NCBI GenBank assembly: GCA_044225365.1
Contig: JBGAIQ010000037.1
Location: 1 to 55,636 of the forward strand
Length of the DNA: 55,636 bases
Direction: 5' to 3'
Source: Planctomycetota bacterium
GTDB taxonomy: Bacteria; Planctomycetota; B15-G4; JADJEK01
The notes under the pieces are model-generated. The model was given only the letters and a program-made list of their open reading frames with translations, was not told the DNA's origin and searched no databases. This document shows positions 19,526-29,765 of this stretch, one piece after another. The first letter of the stretch is position 1. Each line of letters starts with the position of its first letter. A program made the translations under genes and the position numbers.

Positions 19526-20548
19526 TCAGAGCGTGTCCTTGACGAGCGCGAGGAGGAGGGCCGGCAGGTAGAGCAGCGACCAATGGAACAGGCGCCGGGC
19601 CGACGCATCGTCCCGCTTTCGCGCGAAGGCGATTCCGCTCGCGAGGAAGACGCCCCCGAACAGGAGAGCCGCCGAACCGTAGAAGATCGTCGCGCCGCGG
19701 ATCGACGCGAGGTCGCGCAGGAGGAGCGGCAGCAGGGAGACGACGACCAGCAGCACGAGGTGCACGACGGCGCTACGACCGAGTCTTCGGCCATCGCGAT
19801 CGATCACCGCGAGCATCGGGTAGCCGGCACGCGCATAGTCCTCGCGATAGAGCCGCGAGATCGCGTAGAAGTGCGGGAGCTGCCAGAACGTCAGCACCGC
19901 GAAGAGGAACGCGGCGTTCCAGTCGAGCGATCCCGCCGCGGCCACGTAACCGATCACCGGTGGCAGTGCGCCGGGAATCGTGCCGATGAGCGTGGAGTGC
20001 GGCGTGGTGCGCTTCAGCGGCGTGTAGAGCAGCACGTAGATGAGGGCGGAAGCGGCGGCGAGGCTCGTCGCGAGTGCGTTGGTGAACACGGCGAGCGTCG
20101 CGACTCCGGCGACGACGAGGAACACGCCGATCGCGAACGCGGTGCGCGGCGCCATTCGGCCCGCGGGGAGCGGACGATCCTTCGTGCGATTCATCTTCGC
20201 GTCGAGGTCGCGCTCGGCCCATTGGTTCAACGCATTCGCGCCGAAGGCGGCGAGCGCCGTCCCGAGCATCGCGGCGAGGAAGGCGCCGATCGTTTCGAGA
20301 GTCAGCGACGCACTCGTCGGCGCGATGACGCTGCGGCCGTCGACGAAGCCGAGGGCCGCTGTGACGAGCACGAGCGACGACAGCCGCAGCTTCAGGAGGA
20401 TCGAGAGGTCGTGGAGCGGAGACAGCCGCGACTTCGTGCGCGCGTCAGGGCTTTCCGCGGGCCGCAAGGGAGCGGGGGCGGAAGTCGCGGGCGACTGCGA
20501 TATGCGAGGCTCGGCGATCACGCGGCGTTCCAACGCGATGAGAATCAA
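19526..20548 (-). CDS. cyoE: Protoheme IX farnesyltransferase (heme O synthase, CyoE/CtaB)
   Basis: 'NALNQWAERDLDAKMNRTKDRPLPAG', 'YVLLYTPLKR', 'IGTIPGALPPVIG', 'FWQLPHFYAI', 'YREDYARAG'. Start may be GTG 20521. Confidence 0.93.
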   Translation of the reverse strand: MILIALERRVIAEPRISQSPATSAPAPLRPAESPDARTKSRLSPLHDLSILLKLRLSSLVLVTAALGFVDGRSVIAPTSASLTLETIGAFLAAMLGTALAAFGANALNQWAERDLDAKMNRTKDRPLPAGRMAPRTAFAIGVFLVVAGVATLAVFTNALATSLAAASALIYVLLYTPLKRTTPHSTLIGTIPGALPPVIGYVAAAGSLDWNAAFLFAVLTFWQLPHFYAISRLYREDYARAGYPMLAVIDRDGRRLGRSAVVHLVLLVVVSLLPLLLRDLASIRGATIFYGSAALLFGGVFLASGIAFARKRDDASARRLFHWSLLYLPALLLALVKDTL

Positions 20549-20656
20549 GAGACGCTATCACTTGGAATCGGGGTGGGTCAACGCCGAGCGGAGCGCGCTT
20601 TGGGGCGTCGCGGCCAACGTCGTTGGAAACAGGGACGGAAGGGCTTGGAGACGGTT

Positions 20657-21055
20657 CTAGCGGGCGCGGCGAATCGTCGCAGGGTCGTCGAGTTCCGCCA
20701 TGAGCGAGTCGACGTATTGGTGCACGTTCCGCGCTTCGTCGATCAGCGAGTTCACGAGGCACTGGATCCGCTCGTCCGTTTCGTGCGGCGTGCGATGTTC
20801 GAGCTCGGCCGCGCGTGCGGAGAGTCGCTTCGCGCCAAGGGTCGACGAACTTCCGGCGATCCGATGCGCGGCGCGTACGAGCTCGTCCCGCCCGCCAGAA
20901 GTGAGTCCGACCGAGATCGCCATGAGCTGCTCGTCGAGACCGCTCTTGTACTCGCGAAGCGCTTCGCGAAGCACCGTCGGATCCGCGAGCATTCCGAGCT
21001 CGTCGAGATGCTGCTTGATCCCCGTCAGATCCGTCGGTTTCGGGAGCGTCGCCAT
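20657..21055 (-). CDS. Stand-alone Hpt (histidine phosphotransfer) domain protein
   Basis: 'AAHRIAGSSSTLGAKRLS..A.ELE' matches the Hpt motif; ATG 21055 preceded by AGGGG. Confidence 0.8.
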   Translation of the reverse strand: MATLPKPTDLTGIKQHLDELGMLADPTVLREALREYKSGLDEQLMAISVGLTSGGRDELVRAAHRIAGSSSTLGAKRLSARAAELEHRTPHETDERIQCLVNSLIDEARNVHQYVDSLMAELDDPATIRRAR

Positions 21056-21178
21056 GATTCCCCTATCGGCGTGAGGAGTGCCGGAACTTAGACCGGTCTT
21101 TGCGGAACGATCACGAGCGGTCACCTGCGCTCGCGGGGACACTATGATTCGAAGACATCGAACCGAGAAGGGAGCCCC

Positions 21179-24100
21179 ATGAGCACGCTGTCGAAGAATC
21201 TCGTCACGATCTGTGTCGCACTCGGCCTCTGTGCTGCGGCGCTCGTCGTGGTGATCGTGAGGACGATCGGGTCCGACGACGGCTCGAGCGTCGTGTCGAC
21301 GAGCGCTGCCGATTCGAAGAGTGGAGCGCCCGACGAGAAGGCCGAGAGCGCCAAGGCCACGACGAAGGACGCTCCGGTCGATCGCACGGAGGAGCGCGCC
21401 GCCGCGCGAGTCGTCGCGACGCGACGCGTCAAGGGACGCGTCCTCGACGCGCGGCGCATGCCCGCGCCGGGTGCAACGGTCGAGCGGGTGACCGCGTCGG
21501 GAGCGTCGCAACCCGATCCCGCGCGAAGTCCCGTTCCAAAGGTCACGGCGACGAGCGGCTCGCGCGGTGAGTTCACGCTCGATCTACCCTGCGTCGCTCC
21601 GGAAGCGACCGGCTCTTCGGCATCGCACGATTCGAGGCTCATCGTGCGCGCGCGCGGCGTCGACGGCGCGGTGGCGTTGAAGTCGCTCTACGTGGAGGTG
21701 GGCGACGGGGGTGTCGACCGCCCGGGCCCGGAGATCGACGTCGGAACGCTGGTCCTCGAGCCGTCCGCCTCGATCGCGGTGACCGTGAAGGAAGGCGGAC
21801 AGCCCGTTCCCCACGCGCGCGTCGCGGTCGCGAACGCGACGCATGCCCGCGTGGGCGAAGCCGAGACCGACGAGAACGGCGTGGCGAGGATCGTCGATTT
21901 GAAGCGGGGACTCGTGTACCCGAGCGCGACCTATCGCGAGAGCGAGGCCCACGGGCGGGCCTTCCTGCCGGACGACGCTTCGATCGTGCTCGACCTCGCG
22001 CCGATGCTCGGCCGATCCGTCCTGGTGCGGGACGCCAAGACGAAGCAGCCGATCGAGGGCGCGGACGTACAGGTCATCGAGATGAAGTGGGCGGCTGCGG
22101 CATCGTCGTACGATCCGGACGATCCGCAGATGGGCTTCATGCAGGAGACGATCTTCGTTCAGGCGGACAAGGCGGTCCACGCGACCACGGACGCGAGCGG
22201 CGTCGCCGTCGTCGGTCGCCTGCCGCGGAGCGGCTCGTTCGAGGCGAGCGCGAGCGCGAAGGGGTACAAGGAAGCCGAAGGCTATGGCGGGACGCGGCTC
22301 GTCGAGCCGCCCGGAGTGACGACGATCGATCTCTCGCCGCGCAACGGTCGTGACGTGCATTTCCCGATCGTCGCGGGAGAGTGTCCGATCCCCGCGATCG
22401 GCACGAAGCTCGACGTGAAGTGGGCGACGGGGAGCCGCAGCTACGCGGACAAGACTCCCGATCCGAGCGCCACCAACGAGATCGTGATGGGCGATGCCGA
22501 GATCGTGGTCCCCGACGTCGAGAGCAATGCGTCCTTCACGGCGACGACGGCGGATGGCGCGATCGCCCGCCTGTGGATCGGCGCGAACGAGACTCGGGCC
22601 AAACCGATCGCCTTCGTGCGAGCGCGTTCGATCACGGTGCACGTCGTCGACGCCTCCTCCAAACCCGCGCCCGGCTACGTCGTCTCCGCGCGCAACCAGG
22701 GCAACAACGAGTTCCCGGGATCCGCGGAGACCGACGCGTCCGGCCTCGCGGTCCTGAAGGGCTTCGTGCCGGAACTCGTCAACCTGTATCTCGCCGAGAA
22801 GGGTGGGCCGCGCTACTCGGGCGAATCGATCGGCTCCGTCGATCTGAACAAGGGCGACGCGACGCTCGAGGCGCGAGTACCCATCGACGTACAGGTGCGG
22901 CTCACCCTTCACGTGGATGGCGCTCCGATGCTCCCGTCCAAATACACCGTGCGTTCCCGCAGCCGCGCGCTCAGGATCGTCGACGAGTTCCCGCAGAGCG
23001 GGCAAGCGCTGATCGCCGGAAAGCTCGCGGCGAACGAATTCGGCAAGGAGATGCAGATCTTCGTGAATGCATCCGAATGGATGACGGGGAGCGCGACATG
23101 CACTCCGATCGCTGGGCAGGTCGTGGAGGCGACCGTGGAACTCGCGCACAAGGGCGGGCTCGACGTCGTCCTCGCGCGGAGCGGGAGGAAGGACAAGCCG
23201 CGCGTCGAGATCGGGCTCGAGAAGCAGGATCCCGCGACCGGCGAATTCGCGAGTCTCCCGCAGTTCGCGTCGGGGCAGGGTCTGCGAATCCCGAACGGGC
23301 CGAAGGACGGTTATCGCTTCATGAATCTCGAGCCCGGGACGTATCGCGCCGCCGACCACACGAGTCGCGCCGTATCGCTCCCCGTCGTCGTCGCGAGGAG
23401 CGAAGTCGCGCAGGTCGAACTCGCCCTCGCGCCGCCAACCTTTGCGCGCGGCCGCGTCGTGCTGCCTTCGGGCACGGATCGCTACATCGTGCGCGTCCTC
23501 GTCGAGGCCCAAGGACTCGCGAAGGTCGAAGCGTGGTCCCCCGACGTCGGACGCTATCCCGACGGCGAATACGTGGGCGAGGACGGAACGTTCTCCGTCG
23601 CCCTTCCGGGCGATCGCGACGTCGTCGTCCGCGTCTGGCATCCATGGCTGCAGCCCGCGGATCCTGGAGGTCGCGTCGAACTGAAGGCGGGACAGAGCGC
23701 GGACGGAATCGTCCTCACGCTCGAGGCGGGGCAGGAGGTGCGATTGCCGGCGCCGAACCTTCCCCCCGAGTTCTCGAATCCGCTTCGCGACTTCGTCGCT
23801 CGCGTCGGCGTCTACGCCAAGGACGGCGCTCTCGATCGCGAGCCCGATCGTTGGATCCCCGCGCCCTACGTCGAGGGAGAGCTGCGGTTCGGCGGAATCG
23901 CGGCGGGACGATGCACGCTCCTCGTCGATCTCGGATCCAAGTTCGCGCCGCTCGCCTTGCGCGACACGCCGATCGAAATCGGGCGCACGCAGCTTCCGGC
24001 TGCGATGTTCGTCACGGGCGCCCGGATCCGCACACGAATCCTCACAGCGAAGGGCACGGACCCGCCGCGCATCTACGCCTCCGCCGAGCATCGCGGCGCG

Positions 24101-24277
24101 CCGGTCTACCGCCGCGGCGTGAATTCGCGTGGAGAAGCAGAGGTGGTGCTCGAAGGCCTCGGCGCCGGGAAATTCCACTTCAGCGTCGGGACGGAATCGG
24201 GGTGGCAACGCACGATGGAGCGGGACGTCGAACTCGGCGAGGCGGGCGAGGTGATCCTCGATTTCGACCTGCGGTGA
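21179..24277 (+). CDS. N-terminally anchored protein with tandem carboxypeptidase-regulatory-like beta-sandwich repeats (1032 aa)
   Basis: N-terminal TM; repeats such as 'GRVLDARRMPAPGATV', 'GQPVPHARVAV..ETDENG', 'VRDAKTKQPIEGADV..TTDASG', 'NLEPGTYR'. Confidence 0.8.
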   Translation: MSTLSKNLVTICVALGLCAAALVVVIVRTIGSDDGSSVVSTSAADSKSGAPDEKAESAKATTKDAPVDRTEERAAARVVATRRVKGRVLDARRMPAPGATVERVTASGASQPDPARSPVPKVTATSGSRGEFTLDLPCVAPEATGSSASHDSRLIVRARGVDGAVALKSLYVEVGDGGVDRPGPEIDVGTLVLEPSASIAVTVKEGGQPVPHARVAVANATHARVGEAETDENGVARIVDLKRGLVYPSATYRESEAHGRAFLPDDASIVLDLAPMLGRSVLVRDAKTKQPIEGADVQVIEMKWAAAASSYDPDDPQMGFMQETIFVQADKAVHATTDASGVAVVGRLPRSGSFEASASAKGYKEAEGYGGTRLVEPPGVTTIDLSPRNGRDVHFPIVAGECPIPAIGTKLDVKWATGSRSYADKTPDPSATNEIVMGDAEIVVPDVESNASFTATTADGAIARLWIGANETRAKPIAFVRARSITVHVVDASSKPAPGYVVSARNQGNNEFPGSAETDASGLAVLKGFVPELVNLYLAEKGGPRYSGESIGSVDLNKGDATLEARVPIDVQVRLTLHVDGAPMLPSKYTVRSRSRALRIVDEFPQSGQALIAGKLAANEFGKEMQIFVNASEWMTGSATCTPIAGQVVEATVELAHKGGLDVVLARSGRKDKPRVEIGLEKQDPATGEFASLPQFASGQGLRIPNGPKDGYRFMNLEPGTYRAADHTSRAVSLPVVVARSEVAQVELALAPPTFARGRVVLPSGTDRYIVRVLVEAQGLAKVEAWSPDVGRYPDGEYVGEDGTFSVALPGDRDVVVRVWHPWLQPADPGGRVELKAGQSADGIVLTLEAGQEVRLPAPNLPPEFSNPLRDFVARVGVYAKDGALDREPDRWIPAPYVEGELRFGGIAAGRCTLLVDLGSKFAPLALRDTPIEIGRTQLPAAMFVTGARIRTRILTAKGTDPPRIYASAEHRGAPVYRRGVNSRGEAEVVLEGLGAGKFHFSVGTESGWQRTMERDVELGEAGEVILDFDLR

Positions 24278-24317
24278 CAGCGCGGGGGATTGGACGCGAG
24301 CCTCGCGTCCCGAGCGC

Positions 24318-25259
24318 TCACTTGGGGACGGAGGCGGGAGCGGGGGCCAGGCGCGCGCGTCGTTCGGCGTATTCGGCGAGGCGGTCGGAGCGACCGGAGT
24401 CGTTCGCCAGGGCGATGAGGCGATCGAGCGCGAGCAGCGCGCCCTTGGCGTCGTCGACCGCGAGGCGATCTTCGATCGCGGACTCGAGACAGACTCGGGC
24501 GTCCTCGTAGAGGAGGCGGGCGACGAGCAGCGTGGCGATGTGTTCGCGAGCGGTCGCTTCGAGGCGCCGGTCCCCTGCGGTCCGGGCGAGGGAGGCGGCG
24601 TGCTGCAGCTCCGCGATCGCGCCGAGGGAGTCGTCGCGGTGCTCCAGGATCGACGCCAGCGTCATGCGCGCGGCGGCGTGGTTCAACAGGATCTCGAGGG
24701 TGAGGCCCTGCATGTCGAACACGCGCACGGCTTCGCGCGCCGCGGCTTCGGCATCCACGTACGCGCCGTCGCGATCGAGGAGCCGGGCCTGGAGGATCTG
24801 ATATTCGCCTCGCGCCGTGAGCGTGCCGAGCTTCACCGCGTCCTTCTGCGCATCGGCGATCCACGGCCGTGCCGCTGCGATGTCGTCCCGATCGAGCGCG
24901 ATGCGCGCAGCATTCACGCCGGCCTCGAAGGCGCCAGAGAGATCGCCGCAGCCGCGCGCCGTGGCGAGGGCCTCGCCATTCCAGCGCTCGGCGTCCTCCG
25001 TCTTCCCGCGCCGTTCCGCCGTGATCGCGAGTTCGCGTCGGATCGAGATGCGGAGTCGACAATCGCCATCTTCGTCGGCCTTGGCGAGCGCGTTCGTGAG
25101 GAGCGACTCCGCACGTTCGAGGTCGTTGGATTCGAGCGCGGCGACTCCCGCTCGTTCGAGATCGCGTCCGGGCGCGTTCATGAATCCGGGAGCCGGCACC
25201 GAGCAACCGCCTGCGACGAAGACGAGCAACGATGCGATGGAAGGCGCCTCCGCGCGCAA
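24318..25259 (-). CDS. TPR-like helical repeat lipoprotein
   Basis: TTG start with GAGGAG 7 nt upstream; lipobox 'VAGGC'; TPR-like repeats (e.g. 'LAITAERRGKTEDAERWNGEALA'). Confidence 0.75.
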   Translation of the reverse strand: MRAEAPSIASLLVFVAGGCSVPAPGFMNAPGRDLERAGVAALESNDLERAESLLTNALAKADEDGDCRLRISIRRELAITAERRGKTEDAERWNGEALATARGCGDLSGAFEAGVNAARIALDRDDIAAARPWIADAQKDAVKLGTLTARGEYQILQARLLDRDGAYVDAEAAAREAVRVFDMQGLTLEILLNHAAARMTLASILEHRDDSLGAIAELQHAASLARTAGDRRLEATAREHIATLLVARLLYEDARVCLESAIEDRLAVDDAKGALLALDRLIALANDSGRSDRLAEYAERRARLAPAPASVPK

Positions 25260-25270
25260 GGGAACACTCC

Positions 25271-26500
25271 TCAGAGGGAACGCGGCAGGAACGGCAACGG
25301 CTCGAAGCGATCCCCGAGGAACGCCTGCGAGTCGAGGCCGAGGTGCCGTTCGAGCAGTGTGGCGTAGACCCGGCGGAAATCGAACTGAAATGCGACGTCG
25401 CCCTCGACGAGATCCTGCAGTTTCGGAGGCGTTCCGAGGAGACCAGGCTCGAGCGAGGACGACACCAGATAGACCGGCGCCGCCGCGCCATGATCGGTGC
25501 CGAGCGATGCATTCTGATCGACCCTTCTACCGAACTCCGAGAACGCGCAGACGAGCACCTTCTCCTTCGCGATCACGTTCGGAAGCGCCTTCTGGAACGC
25601 CACGAGGCAATTGCCGAGGTCGGAGAGCAGAGCCGCGTGCGCGTCCTGCTGACGCACGTGCGTGTCGAAACCATCGTGCGCGACGTAGAAGACTCGGGGG
25701 CGTACGCCCGCGGCGATGAGATCGAGGAGCGTCGACAATGCGCGCCCGAGCTTGCTTCCGGGCAGTCCTCGATCCTTCGATCCCGCGGAACTCGTGACAT
25801 CCGCCAGTCGGTCGGAGAGCTTCAGGGCCGCGGCGTTCGCGGCGAGGAGCGGCCCGAGCGCATCGCTTCCCCCGCTTCGTGAGCGCCGAGGTTCCACGCA
25901 GAGACTGCGATCCACGCCCTTCAGATCGTCGAGCGAGTAGAGGATCGGCGCCGCGCGCGCCTCGCCGATCAGCGCGAGGGGCTCCTTGTCGTCGAGAACG
26001 CCGATGGCGGGCTCCTCGAGCGAAACGGACGCATTGGAGTCCTTCGGAACGCCGATGCGGCGATCGATCAAAGGTGCGAGGAAACCGTGGGTGGGGGACT
26101 CGGTCAGGCGACCGGAGTGCCAGATGTCCATCGAGCGGAAGTGCGAACGATCGGGATTCGGGTAACCCACGTTCATCGCGACCGCGAGTTCGGAATCGTC
26201 GAGCAGTCGTCGAAAGCCGCGTAGCGACGGGTGGAAGTACAGCCCCTGCGTAAAGGGGATCGCGTTCTTCGCCAGGATGCCGAGGGAAGGGCGGGCCTTG
26301 TGGTACGCGGAGTCATCGCACGGCGGGATCGTGTTGAGTCCGTCGTTGCCGCCGCCGAGCCGCAGGAGGACGAGGATCGTGTCGTCGTTGCGTCGCGCGG
26401 ACGACTCCGCCAGGAGGCGGGGCGCGAGGAGGAGGCTCGGCACCGCGGAAGCCGCGAGCGTGACGAAGCCGCGACGAGTGATTGCGATCTTGGAGTTCAT
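25271..26500 (-). CDS. DUF1501 family Tat-exported protein
   Basis: 'TRRGFV' Tat motif, 'LGGGNDGLNT', 'VGYPNPDRSHFRSMDIW', 'GFDTH', 'FSEFGRR..QNASLGTDHG', 'DFRRVYAT'. Confidence 0.9.
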   Translation of the reverse strand: MNSKIAITRRGFVTLAASAVPSLLLAPRLLAESSARRNDDTILVLLRLGGGNDGLNTIPPCDDSAYHKARPSLGILAKNAIPFTQGLYFHPSLRGFRRLLDDSELAVAMNVGYPNPDRSHFRSMDIWHSGRLTESPTHGFLAPLIDRRIGVPKDSNASVSLEEPAIGVLDDKEPLALIGEARAAPILYSLDDLKGVDRSLCVEPRRSRSGGSDALGPLLAANAAALKLSDRLADVTSSAGSKDRGLPGSKLGRALSTLLDLIAAGVRPRVFYVAHDGFDTHVRQQDAHAALLSDLGNCLVAFQKALPNVIAKEKVLVCAFSEFGRRVDQNASLGTDHGAAAPVYLVSSSLEPGLLGTPPKLQDLVEGDVAFQFDFRRVYATLLERHLGLDSQAFLGDRFEPLPFLPRSL

Positions 26501-27822
26501 GTGAGCGAAGCCTCCGGCAGCGACAGCAGCAGGGCGAGCAGGGCGTTTCCACGATCCGCCGGGTCCTTCGCGGCGAGCGCATCGCGCACGGCGTGGCTCA
26601 CGGCGATGTCGAGGGGCGAAGCGAGCAGCATCTCCGCCGCCGCCTCCACGTTCCCCGCCGTGAATGCGGGCGGCGGCGAATCGTCGTTCCAGACGGCTCC
26701 GAGTTCGCCCCGTGAGATGGCCTGCGCGATCGCGATCCGTTGCAGCGAAGTCGCCGTCTGGATCCACGCATCTTCGCCGTCCCACCCCTTGACGGTCGGC
26801 GGGCGCAGGAGACTCTGACCGAGTCGTGTGATCGCGGATTCGATCGCCGAAGGCTTGCCTCGCACGGCGAGCGTGCTCAGCGAACCGAGAACGAACTCGA
26901 CGGGTGAGGCGATGCGCGCGCCGCGATGCTCCGCGCGATGGAAGTACGCCGAGCGCAGGAGCACGCGCAACGACTCGCCGATGTGCAAGTCGTGCTGCGT
27001 GAGGAGTGCAGCGAAGGCGGCGACGGCGTCGGGCGCGGGATCGCGCGTGACATAGAAGCGCAACAACTTCGAAGCGAGGAACTGCGCGGTCGCGGGATGA
27101 TCGGCTGCGATGCGCACCACGTCCTCGCCGCGCAGATCTCCCGTCGTTCCGAGCACCGTCTTCTTGCCATCGTCATGGAGTTCCGGCACGAACTCGAACT
27201 TCTGTCCAGCGCGGCGGAACCCCGTGAACGCTCGCGCGGCTTCCTGGATGTCGTGCTCGGTGTAGTTTCCGATTCCGAGGGAGAACAGCTCGAAGAGCTC
27301 GCGAGCGAAATTCTCGTTCGGCTTGCCGCGACGATTCTTCTCGGCGTCGAGCCACACGAGCATCGCGGGGTCGCGCGCGACTTTCAGCAGCAGATCTTCG
27401 AAACGCCCCGAGCCGCTTTGGAGGAAGGTCTCGATCTGACCGAGCATGAGTGCAGGCTCGTCCACCTTCGCGTTCGACGTGGCGAAGTGACCGTGCCAGA
27501 AGATCGCGAGCTTGTGGCGCGCAGTGGCGGTTCGCTCGTTCTTCGTCTCCTCCGCCGGAGGGAGCATGGCGCTGATCCACAACGCCGCGGACTGCGCGGC
27601 GTCACCCTGCGTGACGGCGATCGCCGCGGGAGGAAGCCCCGCGACCCGGGATCGGTCGAGAGCGAATCGATCGATCGTCGGCGTGAGGCCTCGAGCGAGC
27701 GCCGCGGACACCTCGCGTTCGTTCGCCCCGAACGTCGCACGACGCAGGAGATGCCGCGCGCACGCGGCGTCGAACGCGGCGTCGGGAAGCGGCGCGAAGA
27801 ACTCGGCGGCCCGTGCGTTCAT
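26497..27822 (-). CDS. DUF1800 family protein
   Basis: 'HLLRRATFG', 'FWHGHFATS', 'DPAMLVWLD', 'PNENFARELFELFSLG', 'EAARAFTG', 'PPTVKGW'. Confidence 0.92.
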   Translation of the reverse strand: MNARAAEFFAPLPDAAFDAACARHLLRRATFGANEREVSAALARGLTPTIDRFALDRSRVAGLPPAAIAVTQGDAAQSAALWISAMLPPAEETKNERTATARHKLAIFWHGHFATSNAKVDEPALMLGQIETFLQSGSGRFEDLLLKVARDPAMLVWLDAEKNRRGKPNENFARELFELFSLGIGNYTEHDIQEAARAFTGFRRAGQKFEFVPELHDDGKKTVLGTTGDLRGEDVVRIAADHPATAQFLASKLLRFYVTRDPAPDAVAAFAALLTQHDLHIGESLRVLLRSAYFHRAEHRGARIASPVEFVLGSLSTLAVRGKPSAIESAITRLGQSLLRPPTVKGWDGEDAWIQTATSLQRIAIAQAISRGELGAVWNDDSPPPAFTAGNVEAAAEMLLASPLDIAVSHAVRDALAAKDPADRGNALLALLLSLPEASLT

Positions 27823-29594
27823 CGCTGGCCTCCGCCCTCACCGATCCGCAGCCCGACGTCGAGCGTATGACCCTTGCCCGTCGCGAGCAGGAGTGCATCG
27901 AGATCCCCGCTGCCCTTCAGGATCGTCAGGAACAAATCGATCCAGGTCGCTGCGCTTGCGCGATTCTCGCCTTCCTTCAGCATGCGGTCGGTGATCAACG
28001 CCTCGCGATTCGAATCGAGGATCGCGGCGAGCGCGGCGAGATCGAGGCGGAGCTCCGTCGTCGCGGGCTTCGACTTGCGTGGTTCCTTGTGAAGCGCGAG
28101 TTCGCGCACGGCGGCGACGACGCCTTCGACCGCCGAGCCGATCACGAGTTGATCCGGCGTGAGTGCGAGCGCCGGGGTGGCGTTGTATTGGATCGCAGGT
28201 GCATCGTTCGTCTGTGAAGGGGAGTCGGCGGACTCGCCGGGCTTCGGATCGCCGGGTTCGGGAGCGCTGAACCTGGCGTCGTAGATCGTGACCTTGCCCT
28301 CGGTGGATCTCCCCGCGAGCAGCGAGGTCTTGCCCTTCCCGGCGCGATCGAGATTGATGATCGATACCGCGCTCTGGAACGCGGTCGCGAGTTCGCTCTC
28401 CTTCAGTTTGCCCTTCACGACGTTGGCGATCAGGGTGAAGGCTGGGAGGCGGATCGCGGGAGGCTTGTACAGATCGCTGAAGGTCTGCGGTGTCACCACG
28501 AGGAGCATGCCCTGGCCGAGCGCGGGCAGGATCTCGTCGGCGAAGGAACGCCCGCCGAAGAACAGGTTCATCGCATTGTCGAACTGCACGAAGTCGTTCG
28601 TGCTGTCCTCGGCGAGCCACCGCTCGTGGTCGCGATAGAACTCCGCGAAGCGTCGATCGAGTCGCAGCGACGCGATCGCACCGCTCGGCCAGATCTCGGG
28701 GGGCGTGTCGGCATCCGCGCTGCGGTACCAGTGATCGACGGATTCCTCGAGCGCAGGATGTTCGAGTTCGGCCTGCAGGCGGAGCATCGCGGGCTCGAGG
28801 GACAACGACGCCGCCAGTGTCGTCGCGTGGTTGATTCCGATATCGAGTCCATGGAGGAACAGCGCTTCGATCCCGTTGCCGTGCTTCTCGGCGGCGGGCT
28901 TGTCGTTCGCCTTGCGCAGGGCGCTGAGATCGAGGTGGAGCGAGAGCCGCGGCGGGCCATCCGGCGCGCGCGACGGTTCGTCCGCGTTCGCGGTTTCTGG
29001 GAGCGCTGCGAGCGTGGCTTCCAGCTTGGACTTGGTGTTCGCGAACACCAAGTAACTGCCGACGGTCGCGTGGAATTCCGATCCGTTCGCACTACGGATC
29101 TTGCCCTCGCTGATCCCATTCTCCGTCGCTCCGATCAGGGTCGCCGCTTGATCGAGCACCAGGAACCAACGCTCGGCGGTGGCAGCATCGCGCAGATCGA
29201 CGAACGCGAGGAGATCCGGGGTGCCGCCCTTCTTCTTCTCGTCGGCCGGCGGTTCGACGCAGATCACGACTCGTCGCGCGATGAGTGTGCGAAGGAAGCC
29301 CTTGAGGTCGAGGTTGAGGGCGCCCGCAAGGAAACGCAACGCGGAGAGGCCTCGCTTCGCCTCCTTCTTCTTCCACGCCGCGACCCACGGCGGAGAGTGC
29401 TCGAGCGCGCGGTAGAGCGACGACTCGGCGATGCGGTCGAACGCGCCGCCGCCGTTGTCCAGCACGATCTGGACGGGATAGCTCGCGACCACGCTCTTCA
29501 GTTGAGCGGGCAGCGCGACGGCGATGTCGTCCGCGCGTTCCCCGCGAAGCAGGAGCGCGCAGGCGAGGACGGTCGAAGGGAGGGGGAGCATCAC
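27819..29594 (-). CDS. Secreted hypothetical protein (DUF3352-like); first gene of the DUF1800/DUF1501 operon
   Basis: GGAGG upstream of GTG 29594; hydrophobic N-terminus; overlapping stop/start with the DUF1800 gene. Family assignment is tentative. Confidence 0.7.
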   Translation of the reverse strand: MMLPLPSTVLACALLLRGERADDIAVALPAQLKSVVASYPVQIVLDNGGGAFDRIAESSLYRALEHSPPWVAAWKKKEAKRGLSALRFLAGALNLDLKGFLRTLIARRVVICVEPPADEKKKGGTPDLLAFVDLRDAATAERWFLVLDQAATLIGATENGISEGKIRSANGSEFHATVGSYLVFANTKSKLEATLAALPETANADEPSRAPDGPPRLSLHLDLSALRKANDKPAAEKHGNGIEALFLHGLDIGINHATTLAASLSLEPAMLRLQAELEHPALEESVDHWYRSADADTPPEIWPSGAIASLRLDRRFAEFYRDHERWLAEDSTNDFVQFDNAMNLFFGGRSFADEILPALGQGMLLVVTPQTFSDLYKPPAIRLPAFTLIANVVKGKLKESELATAFQSAVSIINLDRAGKGKTSLLAGRSTEGKVTIYDARFSAPEPGDPKPGESADSPSQTNDAPAIQYNATPALALTPDQLVIGSAVEGVVAAVRELALHKEPRKSKPATTELRLDLAALAAILDSNREALITDRMLKEGENRASAATWIDLFLTILKGSGDLDALLLATGKGHTLDVGLRIGEGGGQR

Positions 29595-29724
29595 GAGCAA
29601 CCTCCAGGCGACGAGGCGTCGCAGGGAACGAAAGGGGACGTGGGGCGCGACGATGGGAAGGATCCCGAAGCCCTACCCGGCGTGAAACGAAGCCGCATTC
29701 CTATCGCGCAATTCGAGAATTCGT

Positions 29725-29754
29725 TTGCGAAGGCCACCTCATGGAATTTAACTT
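29725..29754 (+). promoter_or_regulatory. Candidate sigma70-type promoter for the rho leader
   Basis: TTGCGA (29725-29730), 18 nt spacer, TAACTT (29749-29754), in an AT-rich patch immediately before the long hairpin. Confidence 0.4.
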
Positions 29755-29765
29755 CTTCTCACTCC

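Noticed and set aside
21584-24208. Long antisense/alternate-frame ORFs (also 1749..3494, 30010..31938, 37160..38980, 38986..41295, 12902..14458 and many more)
   Set aside because: Shadow ORFs expected in high-GC DNA; they overlap well-supported genes and have no recognisable motifs.
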